A stretch of DNA of 64,000 bases from Atractiella rhizophila. Its lineage: Eukaryota. The translations under genes were made by a program, and so were the position numbers. The stretch is taken from positions 1 through 64,000 of the forward strand of contig MU271306.1 in the NCBI GenBank assembly GCA_021432655.1. The letters are read 5' to 3'. Below, piece by piece: positions 25,111 to 39,408 of this stretch; the stretch's first letter is position 1; every line of letters begins with the position of its first letter. The notes under the pieces are model-generated. The model was not told the DNA's origin and made no database searches. It saw only the letters and a list, made by a program, of their open reading frames with translations.

Positions 25111-28100
25111 ATGTTTTCCGCAGCAAACGGATACATGTGGCTCGGGGTTCCGATCGAACCGGAAGACCTTGACCAGCTTCAACCGCGCCCATTCGGTTTT
25201 ACAGGCGGGAGAAGTTCAACCATCACCAGAGCGAAGCGAGCAATGATATCAGCATCTCCTCTTCCTTTCGCTATTTCAGAGAGCTTCGTCTCCCGTCGTT
25301 TCAATTCCTCCGCCTCGAGTCCCACTTCGCTGTCGTTCGGCACCCTATCTGCATCCTCAAAGCACGCCTTTGATCGAAACCTCGCACAGATCAACGAAAA
25401 ATATGTGAACGGTTCCCTCTGCTTGGGAGAGAAGAGGGAATTCGATTGCATAAGCAGCAGCGGGAGCAGCGAGATGTCATCGTCTGGATCGTCGAGGCGA
25501 CAAAACCTCTCCAGTATTCCGTCCCAAACCCGGTATCCACTCTCCACCGCGCCCACTGCTGCACGATCACATTCAGGCAGCTCCCACGAAAGCCCTTCGA
25601 ATCCCACTTCAACTTCTCCTTACTTGCCCGGAAATGCGCCGGCCGCCGCGCTCAGGGAACTAGTCAGCACAGGCGGCATCGACATGGCACTTGAGCAACT
25701 TCTTCGAGCTTCTGGTAGCGGGTACAGTCAACACGGAACCGGAGGGACCCGTTCGCAGAATTTCGGGAGAACTCTTGACGTCAGGTGAGTGATCCTTATT
25801 CTACAATGGGGACTGGAGTGGGGTGCGAATACAAGCATGTTTAACGGCTTCAATTGGCCGGCGCTGCATTTGATATCAGTCGCGAAACTACAATACGGCC
25901 TGATTCAATGTTCCGCGTCCATTTTCTCAAGCACTGCCTTGTGCGCTGTTTGGCTGGGATGAATCCTTTGTACTAGCCATCCTCAAAATAGGCGGAAACT
26001 CTGCATGAGGTCTAACATGAAACTATCAAACAGGCAAACCTATAGCACCAACACACCACTTTCTCGACCTTCACGCCCAATTTCAGAACGTAGTAGCGCT
26101 CGTCATAATGTACGGAGAGCGCATTCTTCCTCTTCATCGAACAACTCGTCCCCACTTCATGAGCGAGACCGACATACAAGATTATCCTCCACATCCACCG
26201 AATCCCGAATGGCGCGATCAGAATTACGAGACATGACCTCTTACCAATTTGCGAAGGATTGTGTGGATTGCTGGCCACGCCCAATCTCATATTTCTGTTG
26301 GCCAAATTTTTTGAGCGATTTCAATCGCTTGGGTCGTAGAGGAGAGGGATTGGGACGTTATGGAGATGTATTTATCTTTCTATTCCTCCTACCTCCTTCT
26401 GACATTATTCCAGGTAATCTTGGCTTGGTGAGTAGATGCTTGTCCCAATAACGCTTCTGAACATACTCCAGCCATGTAACAATGGGAGCAAAATTCACAG
26501 CCCATTCTGTAAGCATATTTGACGTCACTGTGCCCTTCTCTGATCAGGGATAAAGGCTATTCTTGGGGACTCGGTTGTCGCGCGACTAGGCAAAAATCTT
26601 CGGCTGACAGGAGATCTTCTCATGGTGGGGAAGTCACGGAGTGGCCAGTGCAAACGTCTATTGGACCGCTGCCTCAACATCGCTCGGTTATCAGGATTGT
26701 TCGATGAAGGGCCGGCGTCGAAGGAAGGCATTTGCGCATTGCTCATGTTGGAATCTGTGGTCACTCGTAGGTTTCTTTTCTTTCAACAACGCTCCCTCAT
26801 TGTTCTCCAGTGTTCAACTCCGTGACAATGACTAGCAAGGAGTTAATCGACAGGGCGGCAAGACAACTACTTGCCATGGTGCAGGACCCTAACGTCGCAC
26901 CAGAAGACCTGCGGCCAGTACTTGAGCCGTTAGGCCTGGCACATTGGGTTTTTGTATGCAGTTCATTGACGACGTTCTTGTCTTGACATTTCATATAGTC
27001 TCGAGACGCCATCGTTGCTGCTGGTCTCTGTCAAGTTCCATCGTTAAGGAACGACCAACTTGCCGTCATATTCAACAATCCTCTCCACCCACGCACGATT
27101 GGCTTCAGCCATTATATATCCGGCGCTGATTCGTTATTATCATACGATGCTACTAAGGATATCGAAGGACATCTAGAAATCGTACAGGTTTGCGGAAGGA
27201 GTATGGATCGAGAGGTTTTGATAAACCTTTTAAACGGTACAGATCCACAATCTCGTGCGTGTGACTTGACTAAATATGAGCCAGCTCAATCAATGACCGA
27301 AGTGGAAACCTTTGTCCGGGCACTTTGGAAAAAGCAAGATTCTCTCAAGGCATGGTTCAGCTTGCATTACCGCTTCGCAAAGCAAGATGACGCTGAACCA
27401 AAGATCGGTCCTCGCAAGCTTCAGGCAGACCGAATTAGAGCCGAAATGCTAATACAAAGCAAGCTTGGTGTGTTAACTCTAGTTACCACAAAAGAAGTTG
27501 CCCTCAATTATTTCCAGTGTTCATTTGCCACCGTGTGATGGATGAAAAGATCAATGGAATGACCACTTCGATTGGGCCGGATTCAAGTGCTCTAGGCTTG
27601 TGGTCCGAATCGAAGCAAAGGGTTGCAGAGCAACTTGGTCAATTGGCCCTTTTCATTCGCGATCTTTTAGAAGTATGCCCTTGCTTTCCGTGCTTCGGAT
27701 GATGGACTTAAAGTACAACAGGCTGCATACGACATCAACTCTCCTCGTCTTCTCAGCCTACGCACAGCTTGCGTTATCCAAAACTTATTGCCTCGCGGAC
27801 TTCGTTACCTCGTCGATTATCTCGCTGACGATACGCTACAACAAACTCTTGCAATTCGAGTAAACAATATTCGAGCGTATGTATCTGCTGCTCCTACGAG
27901 CAACCCGGCTTATTAGGGTTTAGGCTCGTCATGGGATGGAAATGTTGTGGGTGGTCCTGGTGCGATGAGTATGGAGACGTCGCAATTGTAGAGCTTATTC
28001 TCCGACGATGCGAGAAGACGCTTGCGCCTCCTCAACCACTTTCTGCCCTTTTGCTCTCCACTGCTGCTTCTCAGTCTCACTCTACGCCTCCATTATCATC

Positions 28101-28848
28101 TCGGGGGGATACTCAAACGTCTCAAGCAACCACGTCTTATGCTTCGAGCAACGTCTGGTCTGCACCAAGTAGGAAAGATAGCACATCCACTTTTGACGAC
28201 AGTTGGACCCCTTCCGGTCCACCTGTCCCAACCGGGACACACCTCGTTCGTCGGTCGACTTTGAACTTCGACAATAGGCCAGCTGTATCGCAAGAACAGC
28301 GGAGGTCTCTCACGAATCCCACGAATCCGTCCAAGGTTCAAGATTTTTTCTCGCCGACATTTTTCTCGACTGCGCTGTCAGTCGATTCGACTGATGCCGT
28401 CACAATGGCGCCTTCAAACCCTACGAGCTTGAACCCTTTTACTTCTCAAACTCAACCCTCCGATCCAACGAACGATATTCCCTGGTACCCGAGCACGAGC
28501 ACGAGCAGAGTGATTGACCAGAGTACGATGCCATCTTCGAACCAGCCCAATCAATACCTTCCTTCCGATTCAGGTCACTTTCAGACCGAACCACATTCCC
28601 ACTCCGCGACATTCTTGTCTTCAAACATGGGGTTCAATAATGCGGCGTATATGCAGCACACCCAATCAGCTGAAGGCTGGGCAGAAGTAGGAGACCAATA
28701 TCTCCCCCAGTCGACTGCGAGCTGGGGCTTTTCCAATGAGCCGATATATCCTCAGCACTATCCCTTTGTCCCACGCCCTCCCGATGGTACCGACAACTGT
28801 TCAGGAAACGATACCTTACAGTACCTTGGTTGGTACTCGGCTATTTAA
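25111..28848 (+). CDS. Multi-exon protein resembling a fungal transcription factor (middle-homology-like region, S/T/P/Q-rich C-terminus); no intact Zn2Cys6 seen
   Basis: ORFs at 25111, 26005, 26622, 27203 and 27931 are linked by GT-AG introns (25785-25991 is in phase). Helical core: GKSRSGQCKRLLDRCLNIARLSGLFDEGPASKEGICALLMLE. Low-complexity activation-like tail. The TF call is an inference. Confidence 0.5.
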
Positions 28849-29307
28849 TTTTCAGTACTCTGACTCCGAACTAGGCGATTGGCGTAACAATACTTCAAGT
28901 TAAAATGGAAGGATTGATTCCCTTTTAGTTTTTTCGAATAGATGTTTGTTCAGTTGGAGCTGATTTCTGCGTGTTGTTGTTTACTTATCGAGCCTCATCT
29001 CCTTTCAAACGTCGCTGTTGCCACTTACTCGTTATTTATTCTTCAACACCATTAATCTTTCCGGTATTCAATGAATTGCATCTAAGAAAAAGTTTCATAG
29101 TTTCGTGATAATAATGATGACGGGCTGCTTTCAATGAAATGACATTGTCACACTAGAGTATCAGAGTAATCAAAATCTGAAGATGTTTCAAACATTGGCT
29201 GGTTGCACATTCAAATGTGAGAATTTGGTGATAGTATAAACTCTAGGCACCGCCTAGCAATGTCAAACAATCGTGAACACATTGAGAGAAAAACCTCCTT
29301 CATCGCG

Positions 29308-31351
29308 TTAAGGTTGAATATAAAAATTGGTGACTCTGGGAGGAGCGAAGAAATTATTTGGGTCAAACTTGCTTTTTGCGGCTCTGGCTAAGGCACGAGA
29401 AGCATCCTTGAGTCGTCCCCAATAATCCTGAATTTACAATGACAAGCTGCTCAAAAAAACGAAAGCTCGCTTACCTGGTCGTAGTGAGCGTCATTCATAA
29501 AAAGGGGACTGTAGGTATTAGGCAAGTTTCCAGAGGCCTGCTCCTCCAAAACGCGGCGTTGGATCGTTGTTGATATATTTTTCAGCCCAGCATCGATCAC
29601 ACCATCATCACTGCTAACTTGACACACCGAAAATCCCTTCACTAAACTCCAACATTGCATGGGAATAAGAGCAACTCACACAAGTATGAAAAATCGAACT
29701 CGATCACGAAATGCCAAGTATCCCTGTCGAAGGCAAGGAGATCTCCGCCGCGGTCAATGGCCTTGTTGACGATATTTGGAGGCATAGGCTGGACAGCCAT
29801 GGAGGCCAGAAGACCAGGAACGCTAAGGAGCGCACTCGTCTGGTCGTAAAAGATCTGGTGAATCTCCTCCATGAAGTTTGAGCTCGCGGGAGGGAGGGGA
29901 ATCGTCTCACTCCCCATGTTGTATTGCATGCCATTGATGACACCGAAGCTGTTGGTCGAGAGCTAGGCATGCGAAATAATCAGTTAAAGAAATAGGGGGA
30001 TATACGGCATATGGATCATCACATATTCGGAGTAAGATCGAGTTTTAGCTCCATTGGTCAACGGTCCTGTGGTGCGTCAGCTTCTGGACTCGCAGCGACT
30101 GGTCGATGGAGAACGCACCGATATCGGTGAAGTTGTCGAATACTCCCGGAGGAGGTTCAGGGCCGTTGTAGTACAGGAAGACAAGCCAAATATCGATGAG
30201 AGCTCCTCGATCCCTCGTGGGGATAATACCTTGTCCAATTTGAGCGCTTGCAATGAAAGGCCAAACGCTCACCTGCTTTATCATCAGGATAATATTCATT
30301 GAAATCTCGTATTGCCTTCAACATCCTATCCGTCTTATCGGCAGTGTAGGTAACCATCCCTCCCCACACCTCCTGATTGTATCACTAAACTCGTCAATGC
30401 AGCACGAAGGAGCTCACCTGCCCTTGATCATAGGCGTAAATGGTGTACGTCGTCACGATACCAAAGTTTAGTCCACCTCCTTTGAGAACTTTGAAGAGGT
30501 CGGCATTCTCTTCTGGGTTGGCATGGACAACTGTTCCATCAGCGAGAACAACTTCCATATCTGCGCTTTATTGATAGGCAGTTCAGCCTATTGCCTAAAA
30601 CTCGAGAGAAACAAGAGCACGTACACGTTGTTCATGGCCCAACCATATTCGGAGGACATGAAAGAGAGACCACCGCCCACCTCCCAAAACGTCAGAAAGA
30701 ACCTAACTTGGGACAGCACAATTGGAGCGCACAATATAGCCGCCAACCCCAACGTGACCTACACCAATGATCAGCTCAGCTTCGTAAGCGAAAAAGAGCA
30801 AAGCGACAAACCTATTCTACCTCCAATAACTGTCTTCCCTGTCCCTTCGAGCTTCTTGTGTATGTCTTGCCATCTATTTCCAGGGCCGACGCGCACTGTT
30901 TTACCGTCGTCTCCCAGCGTAATCTCATTCAGCTTTGTCAAGCTGACTAGTACTCCGCCATCATTGCTTGAAAACCCTTTATTAGGTGAATGCCCTCCAG
31001 ACTGTACACAATTGCACCGATTAGATTGGCATTAAAGGGCAATCAGAAGAAGCCGTTGCAAACCTTGATGGCAAAAGTTTCATTCGTTTGCCTAAGTTGC
31101 TTTACCACCAAAGACACCTCGTCTGCATTCTTAGGGAAAAGGATACAGGCAGGCTTGAGAGCTGCACAGCCTGCATTCCAATACACCAAGTCGGTCTGGT
31201 AGTCCAGAGACAGAAAATAATCGACGTCGACTTGGTTGTTGCCAGAAAAGTATTCACAGGTAGCTGAGGAGCGGATGGACTCAGTGCTAGCATTCTGAGC
31301 CTGAGAAACGGTTGCGAAAACGAGAGTGGAGAGCAAAAGCAGCGACACCAT
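29308..31351 (-). CDS. Secreted FAD-linked oxidoreductase (FAD_binding_4/BBE-like)
   Basis: Signal peptide MVSLLLLSTLVFATVSQA; PACILFPKNADEV; FAIK-SGGHSPN (flavinylation His motif); VGPGNRW; VIGGRIG-HVGVGG; GGGLSFMSSEYGWAMNN; LKGGGLNFGIVT; C-terminal KFDPNNFF. Confidence 0.9.
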
Positions 31352-32610
31352 TTCTCCAAAAACCAATAGAGAGCGGAAGCTCATCTTCTTTGCAATCGTC
31401 TTTCACAACATCTTATACGAGCGTAGAAACAGAATCCGCCGGAGAGGCTTCTTAGTCTGTCTCACCTCACCACTAGGCGACACGCGAACAAACAGTTGAA
31501 GGCGACAGCTCTGACCCAGCTCTGACGAAAGTCGGTGAGGGGAAAGCCGCTTCCTAAAAACCGTACCGTCACCCGTCAACCCGTGAGTATTGTCCACTTT
31601 CACACTTGCAAGCGACAGCATCTGCACGATAACGCTTGGTAAGGGTTGCAGCACCTCATAAAATTTAGAGAATCGGCTAGCTGATTATAGCTCGACTGTC
31701 ACTCATCTGCGCTGTCAGCATTCCCTCTTTCACATACCCATGGTACGTTTCGTCAATGCAGTGGAGATGTCACATCGCCCATCACCAGGAGATGAGGCAG
31801 TACTAAAAGTTCTGATTTGATGATCTAGGTTCAGAGTGTATGTGGGGTCAAGTTGCTCTACCCCTACCCCAACGATAGCTACCTTTGGCAAAATACGATG
31901 CGTCACGCCATCTCCCTATGTGATGGTTCGCGTGCACAACCTGAATGGCCGCATCCTCAGCCGGTCAAAAGAGAAACAAGACTGGACGTGTTTCGTCTTA
32001 CTCTCGATCCATTCTCGCGACGAGTAATGAGGATGTGCTATTCTCATCATGCCCCTCCGTCCATTCGCATGCTTTTGCAGTCAGAAAAAGCAACAAACAG
32101 CATGCAATTCTCATTTACTACTCCCATGTCTCATTCTAACCAACATCAATCAAAGCTTGAAGTAGGTGATGGCTTCAACGCGTCCTTATGGTTCTGCGTA
32201 CAGAGAGAACGGCAATAACATACAACTGACATCCCAAAGCCGTGAAGGGCTCCAAACAATATCATGGACTGCTCACTGCTTTGTGCTGTTCCCGGTCAAA
32301 CAGCGTATTCATTTATTGCCTTCCCTTCATTCTCTCCAGTAATTCCTGACCATATACCTCCAGCTTAACGGCATACTATTGAATGACCTCCAATGATTTC
32401 GTTTCCCTTATATCTGAGTTCCAGCCACACTCCAACTAGTCCCAAAACAACACAAATTGAAATTCACGCAATCGTAAACGCCGATGCTAACACCTACGTG
32501 CGGGATGCCTTCCCCAGATTCTCGCTCAAAAACAACGACATTCGCTTGTTGACAGCCTCCACATCGCGTTGTTGGTGCGACCAGGATCGTTTATCTCTCA
32601 CGCAACCAGG

Positions 32611-34572
32611 ATGCAATCTCTCCGCCGCCTCTCTACGACTACAATCCGTCGCTCATCATCAGCACCACCAGTGAACTCCCACGTACCATACTTCTTCAGC
32701 TCGCTCAATGTCCCTTTCGAGGGCACAATACCAGCCTTTCGTGTGTTAGACTCGAAGGGAGAAGTGTTGAAAGAAGTCCAAGAGGGAGAGGAGTGGGTGA
32801 GGAAAGGTGTCGAAGAGGTGTGTTTTGATGACATCGTTTGCCTGAGCTTCTTTAAACGAAGAGTGCATTCTCTCGTTGTCTATCCCCTCTTTGAAGCACC
32901 CAGCAATGTGCATAGATTCTTGCACATTCATTACATTTGATAAGACGATGACGAAAGGGCCAGCCGCTTGTGCCTGATGCAGTTCTTCTGCTGTTTGCTT
33001 GAAGGTTTCCTTCTTTCGAAGCCATTCCTTTTGAGTAAAAACCACTAATCTGTCTTGATCCCAGATCTCTGAATCTCTTGCTGTTAACATGTACACCACC
33101 ATGCTAAAACTTCCAATCGTCGATTCAATTCTCTACAACTCTCAGCGTCAAGGAAAGATCGCCTTTTATATGTTGGTCCTCTGTTTATTCAAATATCTTT
33201 CTCTGACTGCACTACCACAGGACTTCACATGGAGAGGAAGGGGCAGTTGTAGGCAGCGCTGCCGCTTTTTCGCCGACGGATGAGGTTTTCGCTCAGTACA
33301 GGGAGGTGGGAGTATTACTATGGCGCGGATTTTCGTGAGTCTTGATCCCTTTCCTGAAAAAGCAGAGTTGACGGTTGGACGAAGGTTGACGCAAGTCATG
33401 GCACAATGCTTCGCCTCCAATTCCGACGACAGTACAGGCGGGAAACAGATGCCGATGCACTTTGGGAGCAAGCGGTTGCATTATCAGACTATCAGTTCTC
33501 CGCTAGCAACGCAGATTCCTCAGGTAAGTTCCTCCTTGATCCTTGCTATCTAGCTGAAGCACTCTTGTAAGGCGGCAGGAGCCGCTTACGCTATCAAGAG
33601 GATGAAACAGAGGGGAGAGAAGAGAGGATCTGATTGCGTCGTTTGTTATTTCGGCGACGGAGCAGCGAGTGAGGTATGTTTCCCACTATTTCTTGAAGAA
33701 ATAGACGTTGCTTAAAATGAGGGTAAAGGGTGACTTTCACGCCGGTCTTAACATGGCTTCTGTCCTCGGGGGACCTATAGTGTTTTTTGTCCGGGTGCGA
33801 CTCTCATTTCTTCTGCCTCATGGAAAACCCGTATTGATTGATAGTGGCATCATGATGTCTAGAATAACGGGTTCGCAATCTCAACCCCGACGACAGAACA
33901 GTTTAGAGGTGATGGAATCGCGAGTCGGGGACCGGGCTATGGGATCGAAACTATTCGAGGTTTGTCCAGCACCTCCACCCTCCCTTGTGTGAAGCACTGG
34001 GCTGATGTGACGATGAAGTCGATGGGAACGATCCCATAGCGGTTTATCTCGCGACGAAAGAGGCTCGCAGGCGGGCTACCGAAGGAGAGAAGCCTGTGTT
34101 GATCGAGGCGTTGTCGTACCGTGTTGGACATCATTCCACGTTCGTAGTCTTTCATTCTGTTCTTCAGTGATAAAGGACACGTTGACGAGCGCTTCGTGTG
34201 AACAGATCGGATGACTCTAGTGCCTACCGGAGTTCAACCGAAGTTGAGAATTGGAAGAAGGCGGATAATCCGATCTATCGCATGCGTCACTTCCTTCAAG
34301 CCTCTGAGCGTAAATGGTGGGACGACGAACGAGAAGAAAGTGTGAAAAAGGAGTGGAGGAAGGAGGTGTTGAAAGAACTGGGGATACGAGAGAGGGAGCG
34401 CAAGCCCCCGCTGCAGAAGCTGTTTGAAGACGTTTGGGCGGGAGAAGAGCGGCCGATGAGGGAACAAAAGGAGGAGTTGAAGAGGTTGGTGAGGAAGTGG
34501 GGTGAGGATGAGAATTGGAAGAGGGAGCTAGCGTCATTTGAAGGGGGAAAGGATAAGTTTTTAAAGAGCTGA
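32611..34572 (+). CDS. BCKDHA: Branched-chain 2-oxo-acid dehydrogenase E1 alpha subunit, mitochondrial
   Basis: Presequence [77 protein letters not shown] (TPP motif); [25 protein letters not shown]. Confidence 0.95.
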
Positions 34573-34809
34573 ATAGTTATTTCAGGTCAGCATGAAAGGT
34601 TGTAATTTTACCACATCCCTTCCCGTCAACAACTCTCTTACCGTCTCAATATGTGATATCGTGTGAGTATGGATGAGATGGAGAAGGTTATCTAATCGAA
34701 AAGTGCGTGTGGACTTCCTCCTCATTTGTCAGTGCTTCAGCCACTTTACTTATACTCTTATTGATCTATTTATCAAAATATTGATTCCTATTTCTACTGC
34801 CACAAGTCA

Positions 34810-36167
34810 CTACAAGACTACCACTACCTTTCCTTCATTTCTGCCCTGCACCATCTATCAGCGTCGGCACTTTAGGGCAATTTGTAGGACAAACCCTCAG
34901 CACGTCATCCAACGCTTGCGGCCCTTTATCCAGGCCGTGATATGTAGTTTGCCTGTGCTTTATCTCACCACTGAGAACTTTGGCCGGGAAGGTTGCGTAG
35001 AAGTCTTGCAGATATTTTGGCATAAGCTCAAGAATGGTAAAGCCGTGTACGGTCAATCTCTTGTGCATAATTTGTGACCAATTCTGTTGAACGCACCGTC
35101 ATGACGGTTCTTCCATGGGAGAAAATATACTTTGATGCCCTTGGGGTGATCAGAATATTCTGATGCTGCTCCAGACACAATAATACGTCCATGAGGCCTC
35201 ATATTTGCCAGAGCAGCATCAGTTTGAGCTCCCGATACGGCGTCCAAGTAGATGTCGATCCCTCCGAACTCCTTCAGCGCTTCTTCAGTTGATGCCTTCT
35301 TGTAGTTGAAGGAGACGTCGGCTCCACACTCGCGCATGAACTGCAACTTCTCGTCTGATCCGCCAGAAGCGATCACGCGACAACCGTCCAGTTTGGCGAG
35401 CTGGATTATGACAGAACCAACAGCTCCTGTGCCAAATTCAGCCTCACTCCGTGGAACGTTGCAGATTACCTGCTCCGGTGGTGATAAACACCTTTTCTCC
35501 CTATGAACGTCGCTTCGATTGCTTTTCGAAAAGTGAAGCAGAATGCGTACTTGCTTCGCATGACTGTACTCTTTCCAAGCCGCGAACGCTGTCAATCCGG
35601 GGGCACCTAAGACTCCAAGCCAGGTGGCGTGTGGAACGGGAAGCGCAGGCAACGGATTGATAGAAACGTCATTTGCATCCAAGATCAAATATTGTTGAAA
35701 GCCTGTTGTGCGTAAGCAGCTTCACCTTGCTACCTCATGGACCTACCTGCAAAAGCAGAGATAAGCTGTCCAGGCTGAAACTTGTTCGATTCGGAGCGTA
35801 AGATCTCTCCCACAAGAGAACCAACAATACTAGAGCGGTGACGTGAGACGGGTACGATTCGTTGGCCCAGAGAAGGAAGCTTTACTTCTCTCCTACCACA
35901 AACGGGTCTATGTAACTTTCTCCACCATTTCGCATCCGTCCTCTAAGCCATTAATCATCAAATGCGCGCGTTGAAAAAAAAAGCCCACCTTAAATAGGGA
36001 TCGATGGCAACGCAAAGTACCTTAACCAGGATACCTCCACTCAAGGAAATGACCTCTGGGTCGATTTCTTCGCTGGCATCGTGCGCCAAATGTTGTCCAG
36101 GGATCGGATACTCGCCTTCTTCGACAGATGCCTTTAGATAAAGTCTAGGATTGCTGATTGGACCCAT
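34810..36167 (-). CDS. NADP-dependent alkenal/one reductase (PTGR/AER-like, zinc-independent MDR)
   Basis: VLCVAIDPYLRGRM, WLGVLGAPGLTAF, GAVGSVIIQLAKLDGCRVIASGGSDEK, GIDIYLDAVSG, GRIIVSGAASEY and terminal GRNEGKVVVVL*. Confidence 0.9.
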
Positions 36168-36739
36168 CGTGGCGCGTGGATGCCTCATGAGGAAGCCCAT
36201 CTGCTTTTATATCGCGGCCTCGTTCTCCTTACCGCTGTTCAGAAATCCGTGACCCTGTTTACATTTTCAGGAATTATCTTCCTCATCGCAGATAGACCGT
36301 GACAGAGATGCAGGAGGCATAACACTATAATGGGAGATCATTCAAGAGTATTGGTCAGTCAGTAGATTGACCGCTCGGCAGTACGGAGGACAGTGCAGCG
36401 TCAGCAAAGGTGAGATACTCTTCTTTGATTTGGTGTGAGCAAGTACGAGGATTCCCGTGTTCAGATTTTCACTGTCTTCCACAACGCTATCGCTCATAAC
36501 TTTACGAGAGATCTATCTGTCTGTCTCAACGGCTCCAAGGACCGAATTATCCGCGTTCAGATTTCCTGGGTAGCGCAAGAGTCCACTTTACCTTCTGGTA
36601 GTAACCCTTCGCCAAGATATCGCTTCATTTCGTCGGTCGGTTCATGAAAGCCACCGAAGACCTTTGACTATTTAATGCGACAATTCTTGCTGGCTTTCTC
36701 CCCGACAAATAACGGGCACGACGATAACAGTTACAGAGA

Positions 36740-38509
<1,770 letters not shown>

Positions 38510-39408
38510 AAACTTTGTGAATGTGCAATACTATAGAAAGAAAGCTCGGGAGAATAAAGAACTACAATCAACCACCAATAATTGTAACTGGATCGTACGC
38601 TGAGTTTCTGCCGTGACCCTTCAATTCCGTCCCATCCCTTCTTCGTTGCGGCTTCGAAGGTGCCTCATAGCTTTACGATTCCTTCTTTGGCTCGGAATGT
38701 CTTTCTCCTGGCTTCGTAGTTTTGGATTCACGCGTGATCAATGGAAACTGGTAAGGCGAAGACGCCCACATTCGCAGCAATTGAAGTTGCAGTGAGGAAC
38801 CGTTAGGAGTAAATAGGATTGGATTTGCAATCTTTGGAATGTGACGGTTTGATAACCGCTCGAGAGCGGAGGAGTAGGATATGATCCATCTCCTGTCGTT
38901 TTTCGTTCAACGATGCTGCGTCCAAACGGAAGAAGTGGACGACGGAGACATTGAATGCAGGAGGTAAAGCGTTGAGAGACCATCTCAGGCATAAACTTGT
39001 GGTGTAGCTGATGCTGACAGTCAGAATGCTAAGCTGAGCGGGCTTGCATGACCTTATAAGGGCCAGGGTAACAGGAACCTCGGCTGTACATGAACCAACC
39101 AAGATGGAGAGAAGAGCTCTCAGGTGGGAAGAGGAGAACTGGGAGGATGGGCAAGAATAGAAACAAGAGAAGATAACGATACAGGTAGCAGTATGCGTAC
39201 GCGTAAGGAAGGCTGACAAAGAGATACCAGTAGCCTGTTGGAAAATATCTTTCGTGGTGTTCGTGGTATGACAAGGCAGTGGACGTAGTTCAGTGAACGA
39301 CGATGCCATAATCAACAAGTATGATTGTCATTGAGAAAAAAGGCATGTATTGAGACTCACTACACGGAAGCTAAGGAAAACATGAACGCCATGATCACCT
39401 CAAATCTG

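Noticed and set aside
32818..33064. TPP riboswitch, SECIS or box C/D snoRNA in the BCKDH intron
   Set aside because: The TPP core (CTGAGA...GATxxxGxTAATxCxxGCG) is absent. The ATGA..CTGA-like words lack convincing stems or rRNA guides, and a SECIS would not be expected in an intron.
38600..39320. Overlapping short ORFs between OYE and family copy 3
   Set aside because: No homology or consistent splice pattern recognised. May be the 3' UTR of copy 3.
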